From the NCBI GenBank assembly GCA_028247315.1, contig JAOKFZ010000003.1, forward strand, positions 25,800 through 89,799: a DNA stretch of 64,000 nucleotides, written 5' to 3'. How positions within the stretch are numbered: the stretch's first letter is position 1; each line of letters begins with the position of its first letter. Position numbers and translations under genes: made by a program. The notes under the pieces were generated by a model. It was not told the origin of the DNA and did no database searches. It was given only the letters and a program-made list of their open reading frames with translations. This stretch comes from Bacteroidia bacterium (GTDB lineage Bacteria; Bacteroidota; Bacteroidia; NS11-12g; UBA9320). Below, one piece after another: positions 27,520 through 37,269 of this stretch.

Positions 27520-29163
27520 TTACTTCATGAATTTCTTATGGTAGGTCTGATTACTCACAGAATCTGTCAATTGGATGATATATCCTCCCGATGGGAGTGT
27601 ACCAATATTAACAGAATGACTCTCTAGCAATCCACCCAAAACAGGCTGTCCCAGTGCATTCAAAATGACGTACGAATCGATTGCAACATTGGAATGGCTT
27701 ATCGTAATCATATCCTGAGCTGGATTCGGATAAATTGAAATCAATTCATTCTTTATCAATGCAATATTGGATCCTTGCAAGCGATTGATTTCCAACGTAT
27801 AATCCCCCTTATCGGTACTTCCCTTACCTACAACCGTAAGATAGTATGTTCCCGAGTCCAGTTCTATTTCGGCTAGGGCATTCCCATTGGAACAACCGTC
27901 AGAAGCATAAAATAAATTAGAATCACAATTTTGGGTAGAGCTTAAAGCCAATACATTCTGAAAACCTGATTCGCACATACTAAATCTCCAAAATCCGCTT
28001 TCGGGGATTATGACCTCCAGTTTGTGAGCGAGCCCATCCCCGAGATTAGGGCAAGAAATTGGATTAAAAAAGCTGTAGGTGGACATTCCATCTAGTGTGT
28101 CATTACCATTTTCATCGTTTTCGATCCTTACACGGTTATTGTTTATGTCATAAGAATAACTAGAACTTCTAGTCAAGGTATCACCTCGGTAATTCTGAAA
28201 CCCTAACATATTTCCTGTTATGTCATAAGATACTGTAACCGTCTCTTCTATGACGCCATCTCCATCAGTATCTAATTCAGCACCTGTAATGCGTCCATTG
28301 GCATCATACACATAAGTAAAACTTTCGTCTGCTGTACCATCTCCATCAGAATCAGACTCCACCACTGTTAGGTTTCCATTGGCATCATAGGTATAAGTAG
28401 TAATTCTTTCTGCTGTGCCGTCCGCATCTCTATCATCCTCCTGCCTCGTAAGGTTTCCATTGGCATCATAGGTATAAGTAGTAATTCTTTCTGTTGTGCC
28501 GTCCGCATCTCTATCATACTCCTCTCTCGTTAGATTTCCATTGGCATCATTAGTGTACGTAGTGATATCTTCTGCTGTGCTATCTGCATCTCTATCATCC
28601 TCCCGCCTCGTTAGATATCCATTAGCATCATAGGTGTAAGTGAAGATTCGATCTAATTTTCCGTCCACATTATAATCAAACTCCTCCCGTGTTGGATTTC
28701 CATCCGTATTGTAGGTGTAAGTAGTAATTTCATCTGCTATGCCGTCCGCATCTCTATCATCCTCCTGCCTCGTCAGGTTTCCATTGGCATCATAGGTGAA
28801 GACTCTGATATTATCTAATGTATCATTACCGTTGTAATCATCCTCAGCCCTTATCATATTGCCCTTGGAGTCGTAGACAAAGTATTTTTTTGGTTTCCTG
28901 TTGGGATTCTCGTCATCATAAGGATTTATAATACTACTTGTGAACGTTCTCTCTGGGTCGTATAAATTAAAATCACTGAGACTAAATACCGTAGAGAACT
29001 CAAAGGTCCCAGGAGCCTCAATGGTTTTCAAAAATGGAGTACCTACAGCTCCTAACTGATTCTGAGCCGATGATGAACTAAATGATCCTATAAGAAGGAC
29101 CACAGTAAATGTGATTGCTGCTGTGTAATTTTTCATGCTTGTGTATTTGCTAGTTAGGGTCAA
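27520..29163 (-). CDS. T9SS-secreted repeat protein (about ten 27-aa YD-like/DxDxDG repeats, a PPC-like domain and a CTD)
   Basis: Signal peptide (alternative ATG at 29136). Repeats of the type TYTYDANGNLTRQEDDRDADGTAERIT. CTD: ISIYPNPAQDMITISH...GGYIIQLTDSVSNQTYHKKFMK. Confidence 0.7.
   Translation of the reverse strand: MTLTSKYTSMKNYTAAITFTVVLLIGSFSSSSAQNQLGAVGTPFLKTIEAPGTFEFSTVFSLSDFNLYDPERTFTSSIINPYDDENPNRKPKKYFVYDSKGNMIRAEDDYNGNDTLDNIRVFTYDANGNLTRQEDDRDADGIADEITTYTYNTDGNPTREEFDYNVDGKLDRIFTYTYDANGYLTRREDDRDADSTAEDITTYTNDANGNLTREEYDRDADGTTERITTYTYDANGNLTRQEDDRDADGTAERITTYTYDANGNLTVVESDSDGDGTADESFTYVYDANGRITGAELDTDGDGVIEETVTVSYDITGNMLGFQNYRGDTLTRSSSYSYDINNNRVRIENDENGNDTLDGMSTYSFFNPISCPNLGDGLAHKLEVIIPESGFWRFSMCESGFQNVLALSSTQNCDSNLFYASDGCSNGNALAEIELDSGTYYLTVVGKGSTDKGDYTLEINRLQGSNIALIKNELISIYPNPAQDMITISHSNVAIDSYVILNALGQPVLGGLLESHSVNIGTLPSGGYIIQLTDSVSNQTYHKKFMK
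28075..28884 (-). repeat. Intragenic tandem repeat, 81-bp period, about 10 units
   Basis: Protein residues ~94-363. Adjacent units 28381..28461 and 28462..28542 differ at 6 of 81 positions by hand count. Confidence 0.8.
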
Positions 29164-29396
29164 AGTACTTACAATTTTATTGAATCACCTAATGCAATTG
29201 TATTTCAAATTTAACGAAGTCTCACATCGTTCGTAATTGACCAAATCAGGAGACCTCATTTTCTTGTTTTTTTACGTCTTCGAAACGCGATAATTGGCCA
29301 GGATACTTTCAATAATCAACCTTTATTTCTATGCTATGAAACGGGGGGGATACGAGCCCGTTGTTTAGCCTCATTTGCTTTCTGCATATTTAAAAC

Positions 29397-29404
29397 TATA
29401 TTTG
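29397..29404 (+). promoter_or_regulatory. -7 promoter box (TATATTTG) of the TetR gene
   Basis: TAnnTTTG match 28 nt before the ATG at 29433. Confidence 0.4.
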
Positions 29405-29405
29405 C

Positions 29406-29419
29406 CTAACGAACGTTAG
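29406..29419. promoter_or_regulatory. Candidate TetR operator: inverted repeat CTAACG-AA-CGTTAG
   Basis: Perfect 6-bp arms, immediately downstream of the -7 box and 13 nt before the TetR ATG. Confidence 0.4.
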
Positions 29420-29432
29420 TTTGTAGGATCAA

Positions 29433-30008
29433 ATGACTGACCGTAAGAAAGAAATTTTAGCCTTAAGCCAAAGCGTATTGAAAGAAAAAGGATACGCTGC
29501 AACATCGGTACGCGACATCGCCAAAGCCCTAGAAATGGAGCCTGCTAGTCTTTACAGCCATTTTAAAAGCAAAGAAGATATCCTACAACTTACTTGCTTT
29601 GGAATGGCAGACAAATTTGAACTGGCCATCAAAGAAGTGAATGACATTTACTTTAATGCAGAAGAGAAGCTGCGGATGGTCATCAAACTACATGTAGAAA
29701 TCCTAACCCGAAACTTGGATTCCTCTCTTATTTTTATTCGGGATTGGAGAAACCTCACGGGCACATCACTTGAGAAGTTTACCGCAAAAAGAAATGTGTA
29801 TGAAGAAGGTTTCAGGGAAATAGTACAAACAGGAATAAACGAAGGAATATTTAACGATACGGATAAAAAGTTTGCAGCCCTCACCATACTAAGTAGTGTA
29901 AACTGGATAGTAGAGTGGTATCAGCCCGACGGCAATTTAGATGCCAAGCAAATAGCCGACAAATTGAGTACCTTTATACTATCTGGATTAAAAAAACAAA
30001 CGGTATAG
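29433..30008 (+). CDS. TetR/AcrR family transcriptional regulator (candidate PaaR-type)
   Basis: N-terminal HTH (GYAATSVRDIAKALEMEPASLYSHFKSKEDIL). Located directly upstream of paaA. Confidence 0.85.
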   Translation: MTDRKKEILALSQSVLKEKGYAATSVRDIAKALEMEPASLYSHFKSKEDILQLTCFGMADKFELAIKEVNDIYFNAEEKLRMVIKLHVEILTRNLDSSLIFIRDWRNLTGTSLEKFTAKRNVYEEGFREIVQTGINEGIFNDTDKKFAALTILSSVNWIVEWYQPDGNLDAKQIADKLSTFILSGLKKQTV

Positions 30009-30070
30009 ATGCCCTACCTAAATGGCAAACATTATACAACAAATAGCAATAACGAATAACTAGAAACGAT

Positions 30071-31054
30071 ATGTACGGAAACGCTTATATAGACCCAAAC
30101 GAAAAATTTGAAGGACAGGAAGAAACGCCAGAGCTTTTGGCCGCTTTTCAAGCTAGAATTGATCAAGGTGATAAAATAGAGCCACAAGATTGGATGCCTG
30201 CTATGTACCGCAAGCAACTGATACGCATGATAGAGCAGCACGCTCACTCAGAGATTATAGGTTCGTTACCAGAAGGTACGTGGATTACTCGTGCCCCAGG
30301 TTTTAGACGTAAACTCGCTCTTATGGCCAAGGTGCAAGACGAAGTAGGACACGCTCAGTTACTTTACTCTGCAGCAGAAACACTAGGCAAAAGCCGTGAG
30401 GATATGATGAATGACCTGATCACAGGCAAATCAAAGTATTCTAATATATTCAATTATCCAGCACTTACGTGGGCAGACAGTGCAGTGATCGCTTGGCTAG
30501 TAGATGCTGGTGCTATTGTAAACCAACTTGCCAATAGTAAGGGATCCTATGGACCCTATTGCAGAGCTTTGGAACGTATCTGCTACGAAGAGTCTTTTCA
30601 CCTAAAATATGGACATGATAACGTAGTACACCTAGCTACAGGCACTAAGAAACAACGTGCCATGGTACAGGCAGCAATGACGCGATGGTGGCCGCCACTA
30701 ATGCACTTCTTTGGACCGAGTGATAAAGCATCTGTACACTCCAAAACTCTCATGGGTTGGAAAGTAAAGATGGCTACTAACGACTCTATGCGGCAGCAGT
30801 TTATGGATATGTATATTCCTAAGATTTGGGATCTCGGATTGACACTTCCAGATCCGCTGCTCAAGAAAAACGAAGAAACAGGTCAATGGGACTATACCGA
30901 GCCAGACTGGGCAGAATTCAAACGCGTAATAAACGGTGATGGACCTTGCAATGCAGAACGCCTTGCAGTGCGACGTATGGCAGAAGAAAACGGCAAATGG
31001 GTAGCTAGAGCTATTCGCAATGAAGATGCAGAATACGTAAGACCATTTGCGTAA
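30071..31054 (+). CDS. paaA: 1,2-phenylacetyl-CoA epoxidase, catalytic subunit A
   Basis: 327 aa di-iron protein. [25 protein letters not shown] and EESFHLKYG motifs. Confidence 0.92.
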   Translation: MYGNAYIDPNEKFEGQEETPELLAAFQARIDQGDKIEPQDWMPAMYRKQLIRMIEQHAHSEIIGSLPEGTWITRAPGFRRKLALMAKVQDEVGHAQLLYSAAETLGKSREDMMNDLITGKSKYSNIFNYPALTWADSAVIAWLVDAGAIVNQLANSKGSYGPYCRALERICYEESFHLKYGHDNVVHLATGTKKQRAMVQAAMTRWWPPLMHFFGPSDKASVHSKTLMGWKVKMATNDSMRQQFMDMYIPKIWDLGLTLPDPLLKKNEETGQWDYTEPDWAEFKRVINGDGPCNAERLAVRRMAEENGKWVARAIRNEDAEYVRPFA

Positions 31055-31176
31055 TAAAAACATATAAAAATCAGTAAATTACCCGATTACTAAAGCGTTA
31101 TTGGGTAATTTATGGCCACTATGTATTGCTATCCCATCTATTTTTCGGTACTTTGATGGAACAACCACTTCAATAT

Positions 31177-32589
31177 ATGCACTCAAAACAATTATTTACA
31201 CTAGCCTTTGTTACCGCATCTTTACTTACTGCGGCCCAAAACATACCAAATGGCAATTTTGAGCAATGGGAAAAACGCGATCATTTCAAACTGGACGGAT
31301 GGTTTTCTCCTACAGCAAATGTGGAACGTACTACGGATGCAAAAGAAGGCAGTTATGCTATAAAACTCGTAAATAAGTATGTAGAAGGAGCCAATGGCAG
31401 CAAAGGGTATTTACGAACCATTGACTACAACAACAAGCAAAACATAAATGGCCTAGCGGCAAGTGCAGATGCCCTTAGCATTGCCTTTTGGTGCAAATAC
31501 GATCTTGCCATTGGCGACACCGCCAGACTATACACTGTACTACGAGAAAAAGGCACCTACCGCGGTAAGGTAGATTTCCGCTTTGTAGGAACCAGCAATG
31601 GTGAATATGTAAAATTTAGTATCCCTATAGAATGGAGCACATCTGGTTCTCGGCAATTTGACTCAGCTTGGTTTTATCTCTACTCCTATGTAGAAAACAA
31701 AGTGGATGGAGACGGTTATGTCATCTTTGATGATATGCATTTCGAAAACATAGGTGAGCGTGCTGGAGAATTTCACAACTCAGGATTTGAAGAGTGGTAT
31801 AATATAGGCGTAGAATACCCTAGCGAATGGCGATCTGTAGACCTCTTAGTATACGATACATACACGAGTTTCCTCAACACCAAATCATGTGTAATTGCAG
31901 ATCCTGAAAGTGATAACCACGGCAACAGCTCGATCACTGTCCAAAACTATATGAGTGGTGCAAACGTGCGAAGAGGGTACGCATTCATAGGTGAGGAAAA
32001 TAACGACTACTATACACCGCACATACCTTTTATGGATACGTTCAAGTACCTACAAGGCTATTACAAATATTTGCCAGACGGTCCAGATACAGCACGGATC
32101 AATTTTAGAACGTACGCTACCGGCCGAGGAACACGATCCAACAATAATCTATACCTGGACGAAGAAAAAACAGAGTGGACTTTTTTTAGTCTTCCACTTA
32201 GCTACAATGCTACTGTAAATCCAGACAGTGCAGCATTAATTATTTATTCTGCCAACGATGACGGACAAGAATATGGAATTGATACACGTCTTTTTATTGA
32301 CAATTTAGAGCTCGTGATGGAACCTGAACCACTAAGACTCACGGTTCAAGAAAAGACCTTTTCGCACTCCTATTATCCCAATCCTACCAGTGGAAAAGTA
32401 CATATTGAGACAAACTCAATCCTACACACTGCTCAGGCAAGCAATGCATTGGGCCAGCTAACCAACCTGGCAATAACTAACAACACAATTGATCTTGCTC
32501 AACTCGTAGACGGCTTATATTTCATCACCATACGAACCAAGCAAAACGAGGTTCAGACCATAAAAATACAAAAACACAGTTCCAATTAG
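31177..32589 (+). CDS. T9SS-secreted protein of unknown function (two NGxFExW-headed beta-sandwich-like halves, tentatively PCMD-like)
   Basis: Signal peptide MHSKQLFTLAFVTASLLTAAQ. NGNFEQWEK and NSGFEEWYN motifs. CTD: HSYYPNPTSGKVHIET...GLYFITIRTKQNEVQTIKIQK. Confidence 0.6.
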   Translation: MHSKQLFTLAFVTASLLTAAQNIPNGNFEQWEKRDHFKLDGWFSPTANVERTTDAKEGSYAIKLVNKYVEGANGSKGYLRTIDYNNKQNINGLAASADALSIAFWCKYDLAIGDTARLYTVLREKGTYRGKVDFRFVGTSNGEYVKFSIPIEWSTSGSRQFDSAWFYLYSYVENKVDGDGYVIFDDMHFENIGERAGEFHNSGFEEWYNIGVEYPSEWRSVDLLVYDTYTSFLNTKSCVIADPESDNHGNSSITVQNYMSGANVRRGYAFIGEENNDYYTPHIPFMDTFKYLQGYYKYLPDGPDTARINFRTYATGRGTRSNNNLYLDEEKTEWTFFSLPLSYNATVNPDSAALIIYSANDDGQEYGIDTRLFIDNLELVMEPEPLRLTVQEKTFSHSYYPNPTSGKVHIETNSILHTAQASNALGQLTNLAITNNTIDLAQLVDGLYFITIRTKQNEVQTIKIQKHSSN

Positions 32590-32618
32590 ACGATATAGCC
32601 CACCAACACTAACCAATA

Positions 32619-33023
32619 ATGGCAGAAGAAAATAATAACGAGATAGAATCATTGGACCCACGTATCTCTCGGGCCAATCTCACCGGAGGAAATCACAATG
32701 ACGTAGATGGTCTCATCCACTTCCAAACGTTTGAAGTTTTTCATCAAAGTAAGCGAGGCACACACCACAAGCATGTGGGTATAGTGCATGCTCCTAATCC
32801 AGATATGGCTCTTTTGTATGCTAAGGAACAGTATGCTCGCAGAGAAAAAACAGCTAATATATGGGTTGCTCCAAGTAGTTCCATCAGTTCTACAGAATAC
32901 GAGGACGATGATATTTTTAGTACGACACCAGAAAAATTGTACCGTAATCCAGCATCTTACAAGGTAATGGATCGGATACAAGCTTGGAAAGAAAGAGAAA
33001 AAAAGTCTACCGACGAAAGATAA
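32619..33023 (+). CDS. paaB: 1,2-phenylacetyl-CoA epoxidase subunit B (with N- and C-terminal extensions)
   Basis: The core FEVFHQSKRGTHHKHVGIVHAPNPDMALLYAKEQYARREKTANIWV aligns with E. coli PaaB (YEVFVRGKQGLSHRHVGSLHA...). Confidence 0.85.
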   Translation: MAEENNNEIESLDPRISRANLTGGNHNDVDGLIHFQTFEVFHQSKRGTHHKHVGIVHAPNPDMALLYAKEQYARREKTANIWVAPSSSISSTEYEDDDIFSTTPEKLYRNPASYKVMDRIQAWKEREKKSTDER

Positions 33024-33081
33024 CGTGATGTTCTGTCACCACACGTCACAATTCAATTAATAAACTCAATAACGAATACAC

Positions 33082-33840
33082 ATGGATAGCATAGCGGCAT
33101 TAAAGGAACTACTCTATAAGATAGCAGACGACCAACTTATAATAGGCCACAGAAATAGTGAATGGACGGGACTAGGACCTATACTGGAGGAGGATATTGC
33201 CTTCTCCAGTATGGCTCAAGACAAACTTGGACAAAGCGAGCACATATATAACCTACTCAATCAATTGGGCGAGGCAGATGCAGATACCGTAGCATTTACC
33301 CGTAATGCTCCACAGTTTCACTGTTCACAATTAGCAGAGTTGCCTATTGGTGGATACGACTTCAGTCTGATAAGACACTTCCTATTCGATTTTGCAGAAT
33401 ACCTGCGTTTCGAAGCTTTAAAAACGTCGGCTTACCAACCTTTGGCACAAGTAGCTAAAAAATTCTTTGGTGAGATAAAGTACCATACAATGCATGCCAA
33501 CACGTGGGTACACCAACTTGGCAAAGGGAACGAAGAAAGCAATAGTAAAATGCAAGAATCCCTTGATTATGTGTGGGACTATGCTCTTGGGATGTTTGAG
33601 CCCGGACCTGCAGAAGATATTTTAATAAAGGAAAATATTTTTATTGGTGAACAAGCTCTTCAAGAACAATGGCTCGCAGTGATAACTCCCTTGCTAGAAA
33701 ATAGCCAACTCACAATACCTGCCAAAGCAGACTGGGCCCCTGTATACGGAGGTAGAACAGGCACACACACCGAGCACCTTCAACCACTACTCAGCGAAAT
33801 GACAGAGGTATATACCATAGATCCTTCTGCAGATTGGTAA
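33082..33840 (+). CDS. paaC: 1,2-phenylacetyl-CoA epoxidase subunit C
   Basis: LYKIADDQLIIGHRNSEWTGLGPILEEDIAFSSMAQDKLG is a typical PaaC N-terminus. 252 aa. Confidence 0.85.
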   Translation: MDSIAALKELLYKIADDQLIIGHRNSEWTGLGPILEEDIAFSSMAQDKLGQSEHIYNLLNQLGEADADTVAFTRNAPQFHCSQLAELPIGGYDFSLIRHFLFDFAEYLRFEALKTSAYQPLAQVAKKFFGEIKYHTMHANTWVHQLGKGNEESNSKMQESLDYVWDYALGMFEPGPAEDILIKENIFIGEQALQEQWLAVITPLLENSQLTIPAKADWAPVYGGRTGTHTEHLQPLLSEMTEVYTIDPSADW

Positions 33841-33918
33841 TGAGTCATCTTACTCATTAGAACACTAATTGGGGTTAAGACGTTTAAGTAGAAGAAACAC
33901 ATTAGAGCAAAAAACCAC

Positions 33919-34407
33919 GTGATAACCAAAGAATACATACGAGAGGAGCTAAAGAAAGTGCCTGATCCTGAGATACCTACAATATCCATTGTAGACCTTG
34001 GCATCGTTACAGGAATAGATATCTTGGAAAACCACAATATTCACGTCACGCTTACTCCTACCTTTGCTGGATGTCCTGCTCTTCGGCTTATGGAAGAAAT
34101 GGTAATAGAGCACCTAGGCGACATAGAGCAACTGGGTACTATTACGGTAGAGACCAGTTTTGCTACTACCTGGACCACAGACTTAATATCTCCTGAAGGT
34201 CATGAAGCCATAAAAAAGCATGGTCTAGCACCGCCAAAGCGAAATTGCTCCAATATCACTATGGAGCTACTAGAAGCCACCCCATGTCCCTATTGTGATA
34301 GCGACAATACCAAGATGAAAAGTCCCTTTGGGCCTACATTGTGCAGAAGTCTACACTATTGTAATAACTGCAAACAAGCTTTCGAAGGTTTTAAACCTGT
34401 AGGATAG
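33919..34407 (+). CDS. paaD: Phenylacetate-CoA oxygenase subunit PaaD (PaaJ)
   Basis: VPDPEIPTISIVDLGIV (MIP18/DUF59-like) plus a C-terminal Cys cluster CPYC...CNNC. GTG start. Confidence 0.85.
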   Translation: MITKEYIREELKKVPDPEIPTISIVDLGIVTGIDILENHNIHVTLTPTFAGCPALRLMEEMVIEHLGDIEQLGTITVETSFATTWTTDLISPEGHEAIKKHGLAPPKRNCSNITMELLEATPCPYCDSDNTKMKSPFGPTLCRSLHYCNNCKQAFEGFKPVG

Positions 34408-34467
34408 TGGATATCCTTTCATTTTTTATCTAAACCTTTGTGGCAAATTATTTAACTGCCACGAACC

Positions 34468-35046
34468 GTGAATATAAACGAGATTTTCTCCGCCTTCTTA
34501 GTTCTCTTTGCTGTAATTGACGTGTTGGGTGCTATACCACTCATTATTGCCATCAAAGAAAAAACAGCTATACAGCCCGCTCTGGCTACGTTTGTTACTG
34601 CCATTATTATGATTTCCTTTCTATTCTTGGGAGAGTCTATGCTACAGGTTGTGGGAGTAGACATAAAATCATTTGCAGTAGCAGGAAGCATTCTAATGGC
34701 CTTTATTGCTTTTGAAATGCTGCTCGGCGTACAAATTTTTAGAGATGATGACGCAGATACCGCAACGGCTTCAGTAGTGCCACTCGCTTTCCCGTTACTC
34801 GCAGGTGCGGGTTCACTCACTACTATACTGTCTATACGTGCTGAATACCAAACACTCAACATCGTCATCGCCATAGTTCTCAATATGCTGGTTATTTATG
34901 TCGTTTTAAGAAGCGTAGACCGTATCAAGAAAATTTTAGGTCCCGTAGGTGCAAAAATCTTAAATAAAGTCTTTGGTATTATTCTATTGGCTATAGCTGT
35001 CAAACTATTTAGTGCGAATGCTCGCGAACTTTTCTTACAACATTAA
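34468..35046 (+). CDS. MarC family (UPF0056/NAAT) integral membrane protein
   Basis: 192 aa, about 6 TM segments. FLVLFAVIDVLGAIPL is a typical MarC start. Confidence 0.8.
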   Translation: MNINEIFSAFLVLFAVIDVLGAIPLIIAIKEKTAIQPALATFVTAIIMISFLFLGESMLQVVGVDIKSFAVAGSILMAFIAFEMLLGVQIFRDDDADTATASVVPLAFPLLAGAGSLTTILSIRAEYQTLNIVIAIVLNMLVIYVVLRSVDRIKKILGPVGAKILNKVFGIILLAIAVKLFSANARELFLQH

Positions 35047-35052
35047 TACTCC

Positions 35053-35700
35053 TTGAAAAAATATATCCTCATATTCGTTTTCGGTTTGGCCTATACTAAA
35101 TGTAACGCACAAATTGCTTTTATGGATACCATTGCTCACGCTCTAAAAGGAGAACGCAGAGCGTATATTGGTTTTCACAATCGAAACACCTTTATTCTAT
35201 CGGAAAGAACCAGGTTATTTGGAGTCGTCGGCGGTTTTGATTTTAATGAACAAGTAAAACTCTATGCTGGCTTGTATGGTTTTGGACAAGCAGATGAAAC
35301 ACTACTAACGGGCAGACTAGGTTTAACAACAGATACAGCATATAGATTCACGAGCACTTCTAATTTTAGCTTAGGAATAGATTATGATTTTTTTGAGTGG
35401 AACCGAATAAGTCTAAGCGTACCACTGCAAGTGGGTATAGGCAATGTTTCTTACGACTATACCAAGATTGATAGACGAACTCCTATACGTACCAACAACT
35501 TCAGGGTAGTGCCTATAGAAACGGGCATAAATGCTTACTACGAGCTACTGCCTTGGGCAGGTATACGTGCGGGACTAGGCTACCGACTCAACATCGGGAA
35601 AAAAGAGGTGCGAAGGCTAAGCTCACCTTACTATAATCTTGGACTGTCTATACTTCTCAAGCCACTGTATCACGATATTAGAGAAGCGTTCGCAGAGTAA
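35053..35700 (+). CDS. Hypothetical outer-membrane protein
   Basis: Signal peptide MKKYILIFVFGLAYTKCNAQ (TTG start) and a beta-rich pattern. No recognisable family. Confidence 0.45.
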   Translation: MKKYILIFVFGLAYTKCNAQIAFMDTIAHALKGERRAYIGFHNRNTFILSERTRLFGVVGGFDFNEQVKLYAGLYGFGQADETLLTGRLGLTTDTAYRFTSTSNFSLGIDYDFFEWNRISLSVPLQVGIGNVSYDYTKIDRRTPIRTNNFRVVPIETGINAYYELLPWAGIRAGLGYRLNIGKKEVRRLSSPYYNLGLSILLKPLYHDIREAFAE

Positions 35701-37176
35701 TTAACTCTTGCCCTTTTTCTTGTTTTTATCTGCCTCAACTCCATCTTTTTTATTTTTCTTGGGCACTATTCCTTGTTCTTCTAGAAGGTATTGAACCGTC
35801 CCCGCTATATCTTTTGCTCCTATTTTTTTGAAACGAATGTTCTTATTCTCATCCAATATAAATATTTGAGGTGTTGTTCTGATATTATACTTCTCACGAA
35901 ACTTATCTTCACCAAAAGCATTTGCTACATTGATAAATTTAAACCGGTCCTTAGCTATTCTTTTTTTCCAACCTTCCCAATCTCCCTGTGTGTAGACGGC
36001 ATATATCTCCACATTTTTATTGGTCATGCTATCATACATTTTGCTAATAATCGGCATTTCCTTCTTACAGTGACCACAATTGATATCCCAAAAAACAAGC
36101 ACCGTTACAGGTTTATCTATTTGTAACATACTAATTCGTTGTTTAAAATTAGAATCTGGCATTGAAAGCTCTGGAGCAAGTTGGTCACAGAGTGTAGGCT
36201 CCATTTTACTGCTTTCCACACACATCTTTTCTACGTAAGCAGAATCTGCCCAAAACGCTTTCCCTGCACAATAGTAGTTTTTGGCCATATGCCAAACCGC
36301 CTTGTCAAAACACATATATTTCGCATCTTCGAAATAGCCCAGCAAGAAATGTATGGTATACTTATACTGCTCATCGCTACCTGCAGCCTCTATTCTATTG
36401 ATAAGATCATCTCCCATCATAATAGCCGTATCAGCTAACGGAGGCATATACAGCTTAAAGTAACTCTTTAGCATATTGTGAAAGACTGGTGAGCGTACCA
36501 ATCCATCTTCACTCATATCTAACTTATCCCAGTAGTGTTGTCTGAGCCACAGATATTGCCATTTTTTTAGCTCTTCTTCATCCATATTTGTTGGATCTTC
36601 TGGCAGCTCCGTAGATGACATCGCATGATAAAGTTTGGAAATAAAAAGTCCTGGGTTGTTGGTATGTATTTCTTGACGCTTTGCTGCTACACTTTCTCCT
36701 ATGGCGATCAATTCATCCTTTATCAACTCTTTCTTCTTCTCATTCTCTTCTGCATCCATTTTCTTGCGAATTGTACTCGCTGCCACACTTTGCTCTACTG
36801 CAAAAAGGTTGAATTCTAAAAACAGCTGATTCTCTTTCGAGCCGCTCACTTTCATTTTTTCGGGTTTCAATGATGTATCGGCTACAAACGAATACTCCAT
36901 TTGATTTTCATTCTCTGATACCAGCACTTCAAAGTAATTTTTTTTGGGGAGCACAATGAGGTAAACACCAGATTCGAGTTTCTCTTCTCCTGTGAAATGA
37001 AACAATCCATTAGAGCATTCAGCCGTATCCTTAAGGTATTGTTTGTCACCAAAATGATTGGCTAGTAGTAGCTCATCATCGCAGGACAATCCGTTTATTT
37101 TTACAGTGATATCATATTGAGCGTAGGACACTACGCAGAGTAAAAGGCCAATTAGTGCCGAGATATTTCTTGTCAT
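35701..37176 (-). CDS. TlpA-family thiol:disulfide oxidoreductase with N-terminal DUF4369/DUF5106-like region
   Basis: Signal peptide MTRNISALIGLLLCVVSYAQ at the internal ATG 37176. Thioredoxin fold with WDINCGHCKKE. Confidence 0.7.
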   Translation of the reverse strand: MTRNISALIGLLLCVVSYAQYDITVKINGLSCDDELLLANHFGDKQYLKDTAECSNGLFHFTGEEKLESGVYLIVLPKKNYFEVLVSENENQMEYSFVADTSLKPEKMKVSGSKENQLFLEFNLFAVEQSVAASTIRKKMDAEENEKKKELIKDELIAIGESVAAKRQEIHTNNPGLFISKLYHAMSSTELPEDPTNMDEEELKKWQYLWLRQHYWDKLDMSEDGLVRSPVFHNMLKSYFKLYMPPLADTAIMMGDDLINRIEAAGSDEQYKYTIHFLLGYFEDAKYMCFDKAVWHMAKNYYCAGKAFWADSAYVEKMCVESSKMEPTLCDQLAPELSMPDSNFKQRISMLQIDKPVTVLVFWDINCGHCKKEMPIISKMYDSMTNKNVEIYAVYTQGDWEGWKKRIAKDRFKFINVANAFGEDKFREKYNIRTTPQIFILDENKNIRFKKIGAKDIAGTVQYLLEEQGIVPKKNKKDGVEADKNKKKGKS

Positions 37177-37269
37177 TATTTTTGGTATAAGTTTGTACAA
37201 ATATAATAGTAGTAAGACGCAACTCAATTGTAAGATGTTGTCTGTCTTTTGATTTTTTAAACAAAAACA

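Noticed and set aside
28075-28884. Regular 81-bp repeats considered as a possible CRISPR or other noncoding array.
   Set aside because: The repeats are contiguous with no unique spacers. They lie in one long open frame and encode a coherent 27-aa protein repeat.
34452-34883. 143-aa minus-strand ORF overlapping the MarC-family gene.
   Set aside because: It is antisense to a convincing polytopic MarC protein, and its composition mirrors the sense frame.
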